In this document: positions 1 to 9,831 of the stretch, piece after piece
Numbering within the stretch: the stretch's first letter is position 1
Layout of the letters: each line of letters starts with the position of its first letter
Source: an uncultured Oscillospiraceae bacterium
GTDB taxonomy: Bacteria > Bacillota > Clostridia > UMGS1883 > UMGS1540
Length of the DNA: 41,617 nucleotides
Reading direction: 5' to 3'
Assembly (NCBI GenBank): GCA_964577335.1
Contig: CAZNYY010000001.1
Coordinates: 1-41,617 of the forward strand
Position numbers and translations under genes: made by a program
Notes under the pieces: model-generated
Told to the model about the DNA's origin: nothing
The model's input: the letters and a program-made list of their open reading frames with translations, nothing else
Database searches by the model: none

Positions 1-6
1 CTGTAA

Positions 7-1239
7 TCACCGCTCCAGATAATTTTTCTGCTCATCGGTGAGAGCATCTATTTCCCTGCCCCAGGACGAAAGTTTTAACTTTGCAACATATTCGTCAATC
101 ACCGCCGGCACAATGTAGACCGTGTTTTTAAGGTTTTTATGATTTTTTACAAGGTATTCCATACTCATAGTTTGCAGCGCAAAACTCATATCCATAATCT
201 CCGCCGGGTGCCCGTCACCCGCCGCAAGGTTTACAAGTCTGCCTTCCGCTAAGACGTAAAGGCTTTTCCCTGATACACGGTATTCCGTGATGCCGGACTT
301 TATTTCTTTTTCGCTGTCCGCCATTTCACTTAGCACTTTCATTGCTATTTCCACATCAAAATGCCCGGCATTTGCCATTATCGCTCCGTCACGCATTTTT
401 TCAAAATGCGGTTTTGTTATTACGTTCTCGCACCCAGTCACAGTAATAAAAACGTCACCTAAAGGTGCCGCCTGTTCCATCTTCATAACATCAAACCCGT
501 CCATCACCGCCTCAATAGCCTTCACAGGGTCCACCTCGCAAACTATAACCCTCGCACCCATGCCCTGCGCACGCATTGCACAACCCCGTCCGCACCAGCC
601 GTAACCCGCTATTACAACGGTTTTGCCTGCAACTATGAGGTTTGTTGTTCTGTTTATCCCATCCCAAACCGATTGACCCGTTCCATACCTGTTGTCAAAC
701 AAATGCTTGCACATGGCATCGTTTACCGATATCATCGGAAAAAGCAGCTCGCCCCTTTTGTCCTTGGCACGAAGGCGCATCACCCCTGTTGTCGTCTCCT
801 CCGAGCCGCCTAAGATTTTCTTTGACAAATGCTTTTTCTCGCCGTGCAAGGCACTTACCAAATCCCCTCCGTCGTCAATTATCAAATCCGGCGCCGTGCT
901 AAGTGCCGCACCTATATGCGAAAAGTACTCCCTCTCGGACACTCCGTGGACGGCAAAAACCCCATCACCACTGTCATACAGCGCCGCCGCCACATCATCC
1001 TGTGTAGATAGGGGGTTACAGCCCGTGACTGTCACACTGGCACCCCCCGCCGCCAAAACCTGTGCCATATATGCGGTTTTAGCTTCAACATGGATACTTA
1101 TCGTAATGTTTCTGCCGTCAAAGGGTTTTTCGCTTTTAAATTTCTTTTCTATATGGTTCAAAAGCGGCATATGCCTTTTAACCCATTCAATTTTTTCATA
1201 ACCCGATTTTTTTAAGCCCAAGTCTTTTATAATTCCCAT
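7..1239 (-). CDS. ahcY: adenosylhomocysteinase (S-adenosyl-L-homocysteine hydrolase)
   Basis: Complete 410-aa ORF with AhcY-type sequence (GCNPLSTQDD, NAD-binding IAGYGWCGRG). The ATG at 1239 has AGGAGA 6 nt upstream, inside the last codons of punA. Confidence 0.92.
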   Translation of the reverse strand: MGIIKDLGLKKSGYEKIEWVKRHMPLLNHIEKKFKSEKPFDGRNITISIHVEAKTAYMAQVLAAGGASVTVTGCNPLSTQDDVAAALYDSGDGVFAVHGVSEREYFSHIGAALSTAPDLIIDDGGDLVSALHGEKKHLSKKILGGSEETTTGVMRLRAKDKRGELLFPMISVNDAMCKHLFDNRYGTGQSVWDGINRTTNLIVAGKTVVIAGYGWCGRGCAMRAQGMGARVIVCEVDPVKAIEAVMDGFDVMKMEQAAPLGDVFITVTGCENVITKPHFEKMRDGAIMANAGHFDVEIAMKVLSEMADSEKEIKSGITEYRVSGKSLYVLAEGRLVNLAAGDGHPAEIMDMSFALQTMSMEYLVKNHKNLKNTVYIVPAVIDEYVAKLKLSSWGREIDALTDEQKNYLER

Positions 1240-1249
1240 AATTCTTCTC

Positions 1250-2068
1250 CTATATCTTCGCTATTATTCCCGAAACCAAAGCAGAAAATTTAGTTTTTGC
1301 TCTCTCCCCCGTCTCCAAAACCTCGTCGTGGTTAAGCGCCTCTTTACTGACCCCTGCCGCCATGTTTGTAATGCAGGAGATACCAAGCACTCGCATCCCC
1401 GCATGGGTTGCCGCTATAACCTCCGGCACGGTGGACATTCCGACCGCATCCGCCCCCAAAACCCGAAGGGCACGGATTTCCGCCCGGGTTTCATATCCGG
1501 GTCCCGGCATGAATGCGTACACACCCTGCCTAAGCCCTATACCAAGTTCGTACGCCGCACCCTTTGCCAGCTCGGAAAGCTTGGCATTATACGGTGCGGA
1601 CATATCAAAAAAGCGGGTGCCGAATTCATCAATATTTTTTCCCCTCACAGGGCTATCATCAAAAAACTTGATATGGTCATCTATCAGCATTAATTCCCCC
1701 GGCTCAAAGCTTTCATTAATACCCCCCGCAGCATTTGTTATAATAAGGTTTTTAACCCCCAAAAGCTTTAATACCCGCACATAATAAGCCGCCTGTGAAA
1801 ACGTGTGCCCTTCATAAAAATGCGCCCGCCCCCGAAGTGCAATAATGTTTTTCCCGCTTAAAGTACCGAAATACATTGCCCCTTCATGCCCTTGGGCACT
1901 CGTGCTTGGAAAATGAGGTATGTCACTATACGAAATGCGTGCTGACACATCCATGGCGTCCACAAGCCCCCCCAGTCCCGAGCCTAATACAACGGCCGTC
2001 TCCCCCGGGGCAGTGGGAAGCATTTCCCTTATATAATCAGCGCTTTGGCAGTACTTTTCATAATTCAT
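1250..2068 (-). CDS. punA: purine nucleoside phosphorylase (trimeric PNP family)
   Basis: 272 aa from the ATG at 2068 (AGGAGA SD). PunA-type VVLGSGLGG and MSTVPE motifs are present. The 12 codons upstream in the ORF track lack an SD. Confidence 0.88.
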   Translation of the reverse strand: MNYEKYCQSADYIREMLPTAPGETAVVLGSGLGGLVDAMDVSARISYSDIPHFPSTSAQGHEGAMYFGTLSGKNIIALRGRAHFYEGHTFSQAAYYVRVLKLLGVKNLIITNAAGGINESFEPGELMLIDDHIKFFDDSPVRGKNIDEFGTRFFDMSAPYNAKLSELAKGAAYELGIGLRQGVYAFMPGPGYETRAEIRALRVLGADAVGMSTVPEVIAATHAGMRVLGISCITNMAAGVSKEALNHDEVLETGERAKTKFSALVSGIIAKI

Positions 2069-2223
2069 AATTTTTCTCCTTATCAACACATAAAAACACG
2101 GCACAACTTAAAAGCCCCCAAAACGAGCCTAAGTCAAGCCGCATTTTACAACTCTCCAAAATCTTTTAACAAAGGAATTTGCGCAGCAATTACTTTTTTT
2201 TAAAAGGTTCCCTTTTATTCTCT

Positions 2224-2496
2224 TTATTTCAGCGCATCCTTCAATGCTTTTCCCGCCTTAAAAGCAGGAACCTTGGATGCGGCTATATGAATTTTTTCTT
2301 TGGTAAGAGGGTTTATCCCTTCCCTTGCCGCACGTTCCCTTACTTCAAACGCACCAAAACCCACCAAGGAAACCTTTTCCCCGGCTGCAAGAGCGTTTTC
2401 AACGATGCTGACAAAAGAGTTTACTGCCCCTTCTGCATCCTTCTTCGAAATACCTGCCTTTTCTGCTACTGCGGATATAAGTTCACTTTTGTTCAT
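2224..2496 (-). CDS. hup: HU family DNA-binding protein
   Basis: 90 aa from the ATG at 2496. Classic HU sequence MNKSELI...[20 protein letters not shown]. Confidence 0.93.
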   Translation of the reverse strand: MNKSELISAVAEKAGISKKDAEGAVNSFVSIVENALAAGEKVSLVGFGAFEVRERAAREGINPLTKEKIHIAASKVPAFKAGKALKDALK

Positions 2497-2657
2497 TATA
2501 TTTTCAAGCCTTTCTGCCCACAAAAATTAACATAAATCCCTTACGCCAAACCGTGGGCAGGTAAGGCGCAAATAAAGCTTGTACATATATGGCTGTGCGT
2601 TTAGCATAATCTGAGCAAGCTTAAACTATTTCCCCAAAATATAGTATCTATTTTTCA

Positions 2658-3464
2658 TTATTCTCTGTTTCTTGCAAAAACCCTTCTTTTCTCCTGAAAA
2701 TTCTTCTTTTTTGTTTCATTCCAGAGCTTGTCCAGCTCTTTTGGGGTCAAATCCGAAATTTCACTGCCCCCTTCTCGGGCTGCATCCTCCATATGTTCAA
2801 ATCTTTTTATAAACTTTTCCGTGGCATCTGTCAGCGCCTGTTCGGGGCTTGTACCTATAAATCTTGACGTATTGACAACCGAAAACAGCAAATCCCCAAG
2901 TTCCTCTTCCATACCCTGTCCTTTAGAGACAGCATCCCTAAGCTCCCTTACCTCTTCGTTCACCTTGTCAAGCGCACCCGAAATATCATCCCAGTCAAAC
3001 CCTACCTTCGCCGCCTTTTTCTGCACCTTTTGTGCCCGCATTAGGGCAGGCAGGTAAGACGAAACCGATTTTAAGGTGTCCGTGATACTTTCCTCGCCCT
3101 TCTCTTCCTTTTTTATCTCGTCCCAGTTATCCAAAACCTCGTCGGCACTTTCCGCATCCCCTTCACCAAAAACATGGGGATGACGCCTTATCATTTTTTC
3201 GCACACGGCATGGGTTACGTCATTTATTTCAAATTCTCCGCTCTCGCTGCCTATTTGGGCGTGGAACACAATTTGCAAAAGCAAATCCCCAAGCTCGTCC
3301 GCCATTTTTTCGCCCTGCCCTCCGTCAATTGCCTCAAGCGCTTCATAAGCTTCCTCAATCATATATTTTTTTAGGCTTTCATGGGTCTGCTCCCTGTCCC
3401 ATGGGCAGTTTGCCCTTAGCTTTTCCATTATCCTAACCAAATCGTCAAATTTATATTTGCTCAT
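2658..3464 (-). CDS. mazG: MazG nucleoside triphosphate pyrophosphohydrolase
   Basis: 268 aa from the ATG at 3464 (GGGGGAGA SD). Two MazG repeats carry EExYEALEAI and EELGDLLF motifs. It sits in the yabM-yabN(mazG) context. Confidence 0.88.
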   Translation of the reverse strand: MSKYKFDDLVRIMEKLRANCPWDREQTHESLKKYMIEEAYEALEAIDGGQGEKMADELGDLLLQIVFHAQIGSESGEFEINDVTHAVCEKMIRRHPHVFGEGDAESADEVLDNWDEIKKEEKGEESITDTLKSVSSYLPALMRAQKVQKKAAKVGFDWDDISGALDKVNEEVRELRDAVSKGQGMEEELGDLLFSVVNTSRFIGTSPEQALTDATEKFIKRFEHMEDAAREGGSEISDLTPKELDKLWNETKKKNFQEKRRVFARNRE

Positions 3465-3481
3465 TTGTATTCTCCCCCAAA

Positions 3482-5077
3482 TCACATCATCTTCAGTTTT
3501 TGCAGAAGATTAACAATCTTATCCCCTTTTGGCACCATCATTAAATCACTTTTGTCAAGCCCCCCAAGTGCCACTAAAATACCCAAATAAACTACCACAC
3601 CTGCGGATATTGACAAAAGCAGTAAAATTGAGCGGGAGTCCGTTATGCGGGTTAACTGCCCGTATATAAGTACCACCGCCGCCCCCATACCCGCTGCCGC
3701 CACGGCAGGCTTTATAAACGAGCCGGGATAGTCATATTTTACACCCGTTACTCGTGCCACCGCTATCAAGTTTAATACCGCAATAATCGCATAGCATGCA
3801 TTTGTGCTGATGGGTGCGCCGTTTATATTAATTTCAGGGTTTCCCACAAGCACATAGTTTACGGCTATCTTCACCACACCGCCTATCAGCATATTTACAA
3901 CAGGTATATAGACCTTGCCCGCCGCCTGTAAAATTGCCGTGGTGACGGACACTGCGGATACAAAAACAACACTGTACGCCAACACCGACAGCATATCCGC
4001 CGAAAAAGTGTCATTAAACAAAATGGACAATACCGGGCTTGCCAAAACCGAAAGTCCGACAGCGCAGGGCATACTAAAGAGCATTGATATCCTAACCGAC
4101 GACACCACGTTGCGCTTTGCATCATCATAGTTTTTAACCGCTAAAGCACCAGCTACCGCCGGCACCACACTCATGCTAAGCGCCGTTAGAATTGCCACGG
4201 GCATATTAAACATTGTAACCGCATACCCCGAATATGCCCCGTAAAGCATCCTTGCATGTGTCACTGAAAAACCTATATCCTGAAGTCTTGTTCTAAGCAT
4301 TGCCATGTCTATTAAATTTGTAAGACTTGAAACCGATGCCCCTATTGTTATTGGCACCGCAATGGCGAGCATTGTTCCCGTAAGCTTTCGTGCAGATGTT
4401 GTTTTTTTATTGTTACTTTTTAATATAAACTCGTTAAAATGCTTTTTGTTTGACAAATATATAAAAGCCATCACCAAAAATGCCAAAAGCGTTCCAACTG
4501 TGACACCCTGTATAGCGCCTGTTGCGGCGGCCTCGATACCGGAGTTTATGAACATCATGGCAAAAATCAGCCCCGCCGCCATTTTTCCCCCCGCCTCGGC
4601 AAGCTCCGAAACCGCTGTTGGGGTCATGTTTCCATTTCCCTGAAAAAACCCTCGGAATGCAGAAACCATGGACACGAGAAAAACCGCCGGCGCTATTACT
4701 CTGATACCATTAGTCGCAAGAGAGTCACCCACAGCGGCCGCCAACCACTCTGCCCCATAATAAAGCGATACGGAACCTGCAAGACCAAGAACACCCAAAA
4801 GTACAAATGCTATGCGGAATATTCTGCGTGCTTCCCTCGGATTATCCTTTGCCATGCTTTCCGACACCATTTTGCTGACCGCTACCGGCAGTCCCGCCGT
4901 GGCTATTACAAAAAGCCCTGCATATATATTGTACGCCGTATTGAAAAGTCCCATACCTTCAGGACCTATTATTCTCGCAAGCGGTATTTTAAACCCTGCA
5001 CCCACTACTTTTACAATTAAATTTGTAACCAGTAAAATCAGGGCACCCTTTAAAAATGTTTGTTTTTTGACCTTCAT
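3482..5077 (-). CDS. MOP-superfamily oligosaccharide/lipid II flippase, SpoVB/YabM-like
   Basis: 531-aa polytopic membrane protein with the SpoVB/MurJ-type N-terminus (FLKGALIL...GFKIPLARIIGPEGMGLFNTAYNIY). It lies immediately upstream of mazG, as B. subtilis yabM does. ATG with AAGGAAG SD. Confidence 0.8.
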   Translation of the reverse strand: MKVKKQTFLKGALILLVTNLIVKVVGAGFKIPLARIIGPEGMGLFNTAYNIYAGLFVIATAGLPVAVSKMVSESMAKDNPREARRIFRIAFVLLGVLGLAGSVSLYYGAEWLAAAVGDSLATNGIRVIAPAVFLVSMVSAFRGFFQGNGNMTPTAVSELAEAGGKMAAGLIFAMMFINSGIEAAATGAIQGVTVGTLLAFLVMAFIYLSNKKHFNEFILKSNNKKTTSARKLTGTMLAIAVPITIGASVSSLTNLIDMAMLRTRLQDIGFSVTHARMLYGAYSGYAVTMFNMPVAILTALSMSVVPAVAGALAVKNYDDAKRNVVSSVRISMLFSMPCAVGLSVLASPVLSILFNDTFSADMLSVLAYSVVFVSAVSVTTAILQAAGKVYIPVVNMLIGGVVKIAVNYVLVGNPEININGAPISTNACYAIIAVLNLIAVARVTGVKYDYPGSFIKPAVAAAGMGAAVVLIYGQLTRITDSRSILLLLSISAGVVVYLGILVALGGLDKSDLMMVPKGDKIVNLLQKLKMM

Positions 5078-5118
5078 GTCACACTTCCTTGTCTATGTAT
5101 AATAAAGCTTGTTACAGC

Positions 5119-5865
5119 TTATTCAAAAACAGGGTCACTTATCACTTTTTTAAGATAGTCGAGTGTAGGTATTTTCCTGTCAATCTGCTCTGCCAAAAAG
5201 TCCTCGCTTATTCTTAAAACTTCTTCAAGAGCCGAGGTATCGACGCTTTTTGTCAATACATCATAAAGCCTGCCGCCTATGTAAAATCTCATCAGTTCCA
5301 AAGCAGGCTTTGAAATTTCTATAGCACTCTCGCTGCGGCATTCCCCGCAAACCGTGCCCCCCGCACGAACATCAAACCATCCCGCATCCTCCCCGCAGGA
5401 CACACAGCACGCCGCACACGGCGTAAAGCCCGAGCAGCAGGCAATCTTCAGTTCGAAAATCCCCCTCAATTCCTCAGGGCTTTTTTTATCCCTTTCAAGA
5501 TAGTGGAGAGTATTGAGCAGCAGCTTTAAAATATCATCCGCCGCCATCATTTCCTCTGTCAAAAGCCCTGTAAGCTCTGCAAAATACATGGCATATGCCA
5601 ATTTTCTAACACTCTCTCGCAGGTGATAAAAGTTTTCAATAAGGCTTGCCTGGGACAGGGTATATGCATCCCCCTTTTTTGTTAGAACAAATTCGCTGTA
5701 ACAAAGGGGGGACACCGCCGCACCGCTTTTGCTGCGCATACTTTTAACGCCCTTCGCCCACACGCTTATCTTCCCAAGCGAAGGGCTTATCACGGTGAGC
5801 ATTTTATTGTAATCCCCCACCGTTGTCGCTCGTATTATAAACCCCGTTGTTTTTATCGTGTTCAT
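5119..5865 (-). CDS. recO: DNA repair protein RecO
   Basis: 248 aa from the ATG at 5865 (GAGGAGG SD). RecO-like N-terminus plus a Cys cluster (CVSCGE...CGEC). It is downstream of era, as in the canonical era-recO pair. Confidence 0.88.
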   Translation of the reverse strand: MNTIKTTGFIIRATTVGDYNKMLTVISPSLGKISVWAKGVKSMRSKSGAAVSPLCYSEFVLTKKGDAYTLSQASLIENFYHLRESVRKLAYAMYFAELTGLLTEEMMAADDILKLLLNTLHYLERDKKSPEELRGIFELKIACCSGFTPCAACCVSCGEDAGWFDVRAGGTVCGECRSESAIEISKPALELMRFYIGGRLYDVLTKSVDTSALEEVLRISEDFLAEQIDRKIPTLDYLKKVISDPVFE

Positions 5866-6025
5866 CAGGGGCCTCCTCTTTATGCTCATTATATAACAAA
5901 TATGCCTCCGGGTTTCCCGTACGGCAAAACATTTCCCACCATAAGTTATTATCCATTGTCGCCCCTCCAATGTTTCAAATTATATATTTATTCTTCCGAA
6001 ACAATGAACAAGTTATAAAGGTAAT

Positions 6026-6916
6026 TTATTCTTTGCCTGAAAAGCCCATGTTTTTCAACATAAAATTATTGTTTCTCCAGTCATCCCTGATCTTAACCCA
6101 AAGCTGTAAAAATATTTTTTTGCCGAAGAACTTTTCCATGTCCTCACGAGCGTATGTGCCTATCTTTTTAAGCATATCACCTTTTTTCCCTATAACAATT
6201 GCCTTGTGCGATGATTTTTCACAAAAAATATTTGCGGAAATTTTTATTATATTTTCTTCATCCTTCATTTCCTCAATTTCAACGGCAATCCCATGCGGTA
6301 TTTCCTGCTCCAAAAGGCGCAAAAGCTTTTCCCTTAAAATCTCCGCCGCAATCTCCCGCTCGGTTTTGTCGGTTATCATATCCTCCGGGTAGAACATGGG
6401 TCCGGGGACAAGGTGTTTTTTTATCTCGTCAAAAAGCTTGTCCATCCCGTCCCCTTTTGTGGCGGAAACGGGTATGACCGTTTCAAAATCCATCATTTTC
6501 GAATAGGTGTCAATAAGCGGCAAAAGGGCTTCGTATGCCACCTTGTCAATTTTATTGACCGCAAGAATAGTCGGCACTTTTTGCGCCCGAAGCTCCGACA
6601 CTATTTTTTCCTCTGCCGCACCCGGATCACGTGCCGCATCCACCGTTAAAACCGCCGCATCCACACCGTTTATAGCACCCATGGCACTTTTGTTCATATA
6701 ATCTCCAAGACGTGTTTTTGGCAGATGAACACCCGGGGTATCAACAAAAACCAGTTGATAGTCATCCTCCGTTATTATGCCTGTAATCTTTGTTCTTGTG
6801 GTCTGCGGCTTGCTTGATATAGCGGCAAGCTTCTCACCCACAAAACTGTTTAGTATTGTCGATTTCCCCGCATTGGGACGACCGACTATTGCAACAAAAG
6901 CAGATTTAAATTCCAT
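6026..6916 (-). CDS. era: GTPase Era
   Basis: 296 aa from the ATG at 6916. G1 GRPNAGKST, G3 DTPG and G4 NKID motifs, with a C-terminal KH-type region. Confidence 0.93.
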   Translation of the reverse strand: MEFKSAFVAIVGRPNAGKSTILNSFVGEKLAAISSKPQTTRTKITGIITEDDYQLVFVDTPGVHLPKTRLGDYMNKSAMGAINGVDAAVLTVDAARDPGAAEEKIVSELRAQKVPTILAVNKIDKVAYEALLPLIDTYSKMMDFETVIPVSATKGDGMDKLFDEIKKHLVPGPMFYPEDMITDKTEREIAAEILREKLLRLLEQEIPHGIAVEIEEMKDEENIIKISANIFCEKSSHKAIVIGKKGDMLKKIGTYAREDMEKFFGKKIFLQLWVKIRDDWRNNNFMLKNMGFSGKE

Positions 6917-6940
6917 ATATTTCACCTTTCCCTGCGGCAT

Positions 6941-7315
6941 TTATAAAAGCCGCAAATATAACTCAATCAACACAGGACCAAAGATAAGAACCCCGACTAC
7001 CACGGCAATAATCGCCGCCAAAAGTACCGCCCCCGCCGAAATATCTTTAATAATTTTAGCTTTGGGGCAATAGTCGGGTTGTATCACGTCCACAATTCTT
7101 TCTATTGCCGTGTTAAAGGTTTCACTTACCACAACAAGACCGCATACCAGCACCAAAATTGCAAGTTTTTCAACCGAAAATCTAAGCAGGGCACCCAAAA
7201 TTATTACCACAACCGCCGCCGTAAAATGAATTTTTGTATTTCTTTCTTCTTTTAAAGCAACGAATATACCTTCCAGCGCACATTTAAAGCTTTTGTACAA
7301 GCTTTTATTTTTCAT
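6941..7315 (-). CDS. dgkA: diacylglycerol kinase family protein (DgkA; undecaprenol kinase type in Gram-positives)
   Basis: 124-aa small three-TM protein of the prokaryotic DAGK family, in the conserved ybeY-dgkA-era position. Confidence 0.85.
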   Translation of the reverse strand: MKNKSLYKSFKCALEGIFVALKEERNTKIHFTAAVVVIILGALLRFSVEKLAILVLVCGLVVVSETFNTAIERIVDVIQPDYCPKAKIIKDISAGAVLLAAIIAVVVGVLIFGPVLIELYLRLL

Positions 7316-7355
7316 TTGTTGTTCCCCTTCCTCAGACTCCTAAAATCAGCAGCTG

Positions 7356-7835
7356 TCAAACACCCAAGCCCATGTCATTTAAAATATTTTCTTCCTTTTG
7401 CCGCATCAAATCCCTGTCTTTATCATCCTCATGGTCAAAACCAAGAAGATGCAGCATGGAATGAACTGTGAGAAACCCTATTTCCCTCGGGATACCGTGA
7501 CCGTATAAATTTGCCTGCTCCAGTGCCCTCTCAAGGGATATAACAATATCACCAAGCATGATATTCTCCCCCCGAAAGCCCTTTTCGCTGACAACCCCCG
7601 GCACTGAAAACTCCAGCATCGGGAAGGACAAAACATCTGTTTCACTGTCAATTCCCCTGTGTTCACGGTTTATTTCTTTGATACAGTCGTTGTCGGTTAC
7701 AAGAACAGAAATCTCAAACCCTCCGCCAAAACCCGCATCCCTAAGAACGGCATTTACCGAGCGGGCGATTACCCTTTTGTATTCCGACACAAAATCAATC
7801 TTATCCTGTTCATTAGTTATTATTATCCTATTCAC
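7356..7835 (-). CDS. ybeY: rRNA maturation endoribonuclease YbeY
   Basis: 159 aa with the zinc motif HSMLHLLGFDH. The GTG start at 7835 (GGAGGA SD) overlaps the end of pgpH. Confidence 0.92.
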   Translation of the reverse strand: MNRIIITNEQDKIDFVSEYKRVIARSVNAVLRDAGFGGGFEISVLVTDNDCIKEINREHRGIDSETDVLSFPMLEFSVPGVVSEKGFRGENIMLGDIVISLERALEQANLYGHGIPREIGFLTVHSMLHLLGFDHEDDKDRDLMRQKEENILNDMGLGV

Positions 7836-9831
7836 TTTTTTTGTCCTCCGGATATTTTATTCGGCTGTGAAAATAGCCGCCGAAAACCTTTGAAAACGCT
7901 TTTATAATCTCGTTTATATCCTTTAAGGTAAGCTCGCTGTTATCAAGCTGACCCGAAACAAGCTTGCCGTTTACAATTTTTCTTATGGTTTCAAGCACAT
8001 GGGCTTCGCTTTTTTCTTCTAAGGCACGCACCGCCGCCTCGCTGGAATCTGCAAGCATTACCACCGCTTGCTCCTTAGTTTTTGGCAGAGGATGACTGTA
8101 ATAATACTTTTCCTTGTTTTCAACCACACCGTCCGCATTTTTTGCCTTGTGATAAAAGTAGACAAGCTGTGAATTGCCGTGATGAGTTTCTATGATTTTT
8201 TTTATAGCATCGGGCAATCGGTATTTTTTTGCCGCTTCAATCCCATCCTTCACATGGGATATTATAACCCACGCAGAAAGCTCCGGCGACATTTTGTCAT
8301 GCGGGTTTTCGGCATATTGATTTTCCTTGAAAAGAGATGCCCTTGCAATTTTCCCTATGTCATGATAGTACGCCCCAACCCTTGCAAGTAGCGGATTTGC
8401 CCCTATTTGCTCACAAGCGGCCTCTGCAAGGTTTCCCACCATAAGACTGTGGTGATACGTCCCCGGGGCGTCAACCAAAAGCTTTTTCAAAAGGGGATGG
8501 TTTGGGTTTGACAATTCCAAAAGTTTATAAGGTGTTATAACATCAAATGCCTGTTCCCAAAAAGGAAGGGTGCCTATAACAAGTACGGATGCCGCAACAG
8601 TGCTTATTGCCCCAAACATTCCTCTTGTCAGGGATTCGTAAATATCTATCCCCTCCACAAGCCCCGACGAAATGTAGAGAAGAGCATTTATCACAGTGTG
8701 TATAAGCGCCGCATAAACCAAACCCCTTCGCATTATCGCACGGGTATAGGCAAAGGCACCAATACTTCCCGCTATTAAAAGCACCCCTATCCAATATGCG
8801 TCAACCTTCAGCGCAAACCCTGCAAAAATGACTGTAAGAGCATTTACAACAAGGCTAAGCCTTGCGTCCGTCAGTATCGCAATTAAAATAGTACCAACAA
8901 AAATCGGGATGGCGTACAGATTTATTAGGGTGTATCTGCCGAGAAAAACCATACATAAATTTAAGGTAACAATAAGCAAAAGCATTGCCAAAAGACCCGT
9001 GGTTTTAAGAACTTTTCGGTTGAAGGTATTTAAGTACATATAAACCGCAAAAAAGCTAAGCAGTACGAAAAACACCACCCCGGTGACCTGTGCGGCAGGG
9101 ACCCTTGCATCCCCTCTTACAAGCCCAAGGTCTGAGAGGACTGCATACTGCTCCTTAGTAACAATGTCGCCCCTTCGAACGATTATTTGGTTTACTTTGT
9201 ATGAAACGCTGGGCACTGCATCCATAACACGTTGGCGCTCCGCCTCGGTGGCTTCGTCATTTTGCTCACTGTTTACAGAAATCGTACCCGCAAGCATTGC
9301 CACCCCGTTTGCTGTTGCCTGCTCATCCTCACCCATCAGCTCCCGCGCACTCATAAGCGCCTCCGCAGTATTTATTACACCCTGATTCATAAGCTCCTTT
9401 TGTATCTCGGTGACTTTTGTGCGAAAATCCTGATATGTGTCCTCACTCAGCATAACACAGTACACTACAACGTTTTTGTCAACCGAGTATTTAAAAGACT
9501 CTAAAAGAAGTGCCAAATCCCCGCCCGCACGAACCTCGTCTCTAATTCGATTTATCTCATTAAAAATATCGGCAAGGTTTCGGGTTGCCTGTACGGTGAC
9601 CTCGTTATCCAAGGTGTACTGCGATTGTACCCGTTCCGCCGCCAGATTTTTTTGTTTTTCCGTGGAAAGCTTGTCCACAACATTTCTGGGCGCATAGATA
9701 TCAACGGGGGAGCTTGCGTCCACCGAAATATCATATTTAACGGGCTGTGTTCCCTGAAGCACAATCAGGCATATCAGCAAAAACGCCGCCGCCGTAAGCA
9801 AGGGTTTAATAAGATTTTTCAACCTTTTCAC
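7828..9831 (-). CDS. pgpH: 7TM-HD membrane phosphohydrolase (PgpH/YqfF family, c-di-AMP phosphodiesterase type)
   Basis: 667 aa with an extracellular N-terminal part, a multi-TM block, and a C-terminal HD domain (HHSLMVGNLAE, YYHDIGK). The GTG start forms a GTGA overlap with the phoH stop. Confidence 0.87.
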   Translation of the reverse strand: MKRLKNLIKPLLTAAAFLLICLIVLQGTQPVKYDISVDASSPVDIYAPRNVVDKLSTEKQKNLAAERVQSQYTLDNEVTVQATRNLADIFNEINRIRDEVRAGGDLALLLESFKYSVDKNVVVYCVMLSEDTYQDFRTKVTEIQKELMNQGVINTAEALMSARELMGEDEQATANGVAMLAGTISVNSEQNDEATEAERQRVMDAVPSVSYKVNQIIVRRGDIVTKEQYAVLSDLGLVRGDARVPAAQVTGVVFFVLLSFFAVYMYLNTFNRKVLKTTGLLAMLLLIVTLNLCMVFLGRYTLINLYAIPIFVGTILIAILTDARLSLVVNALTVIFAGFALKVDAYWIGVLLIAGSIGAFAYTRAIMRRGLVYAALIHTVINALLYISSGLVEGIDIYESLTRGMFGAISTVAASVLVIGTLPFWEQAFDVITPYKLLELSNPNHPLLKKLLVDAPGTYHHSLMVGNLAEAACEQIGANPLLARVGAYYHDIGKIARASLFKENQYAENPHDKMSPELSAWVIISHVKDGIEAAKKYRLPDAIKKIIETHHGNSQLVYFYHKAKNADGVVENKEKYYYSHPLPKTKEQAVVMLADSSEAAVRALEEKSEAHVLETIRKIVNGKLVSGQLDNSELTLKDINEIIKAFSKVFGGYFHSRIKYPEDKKSE

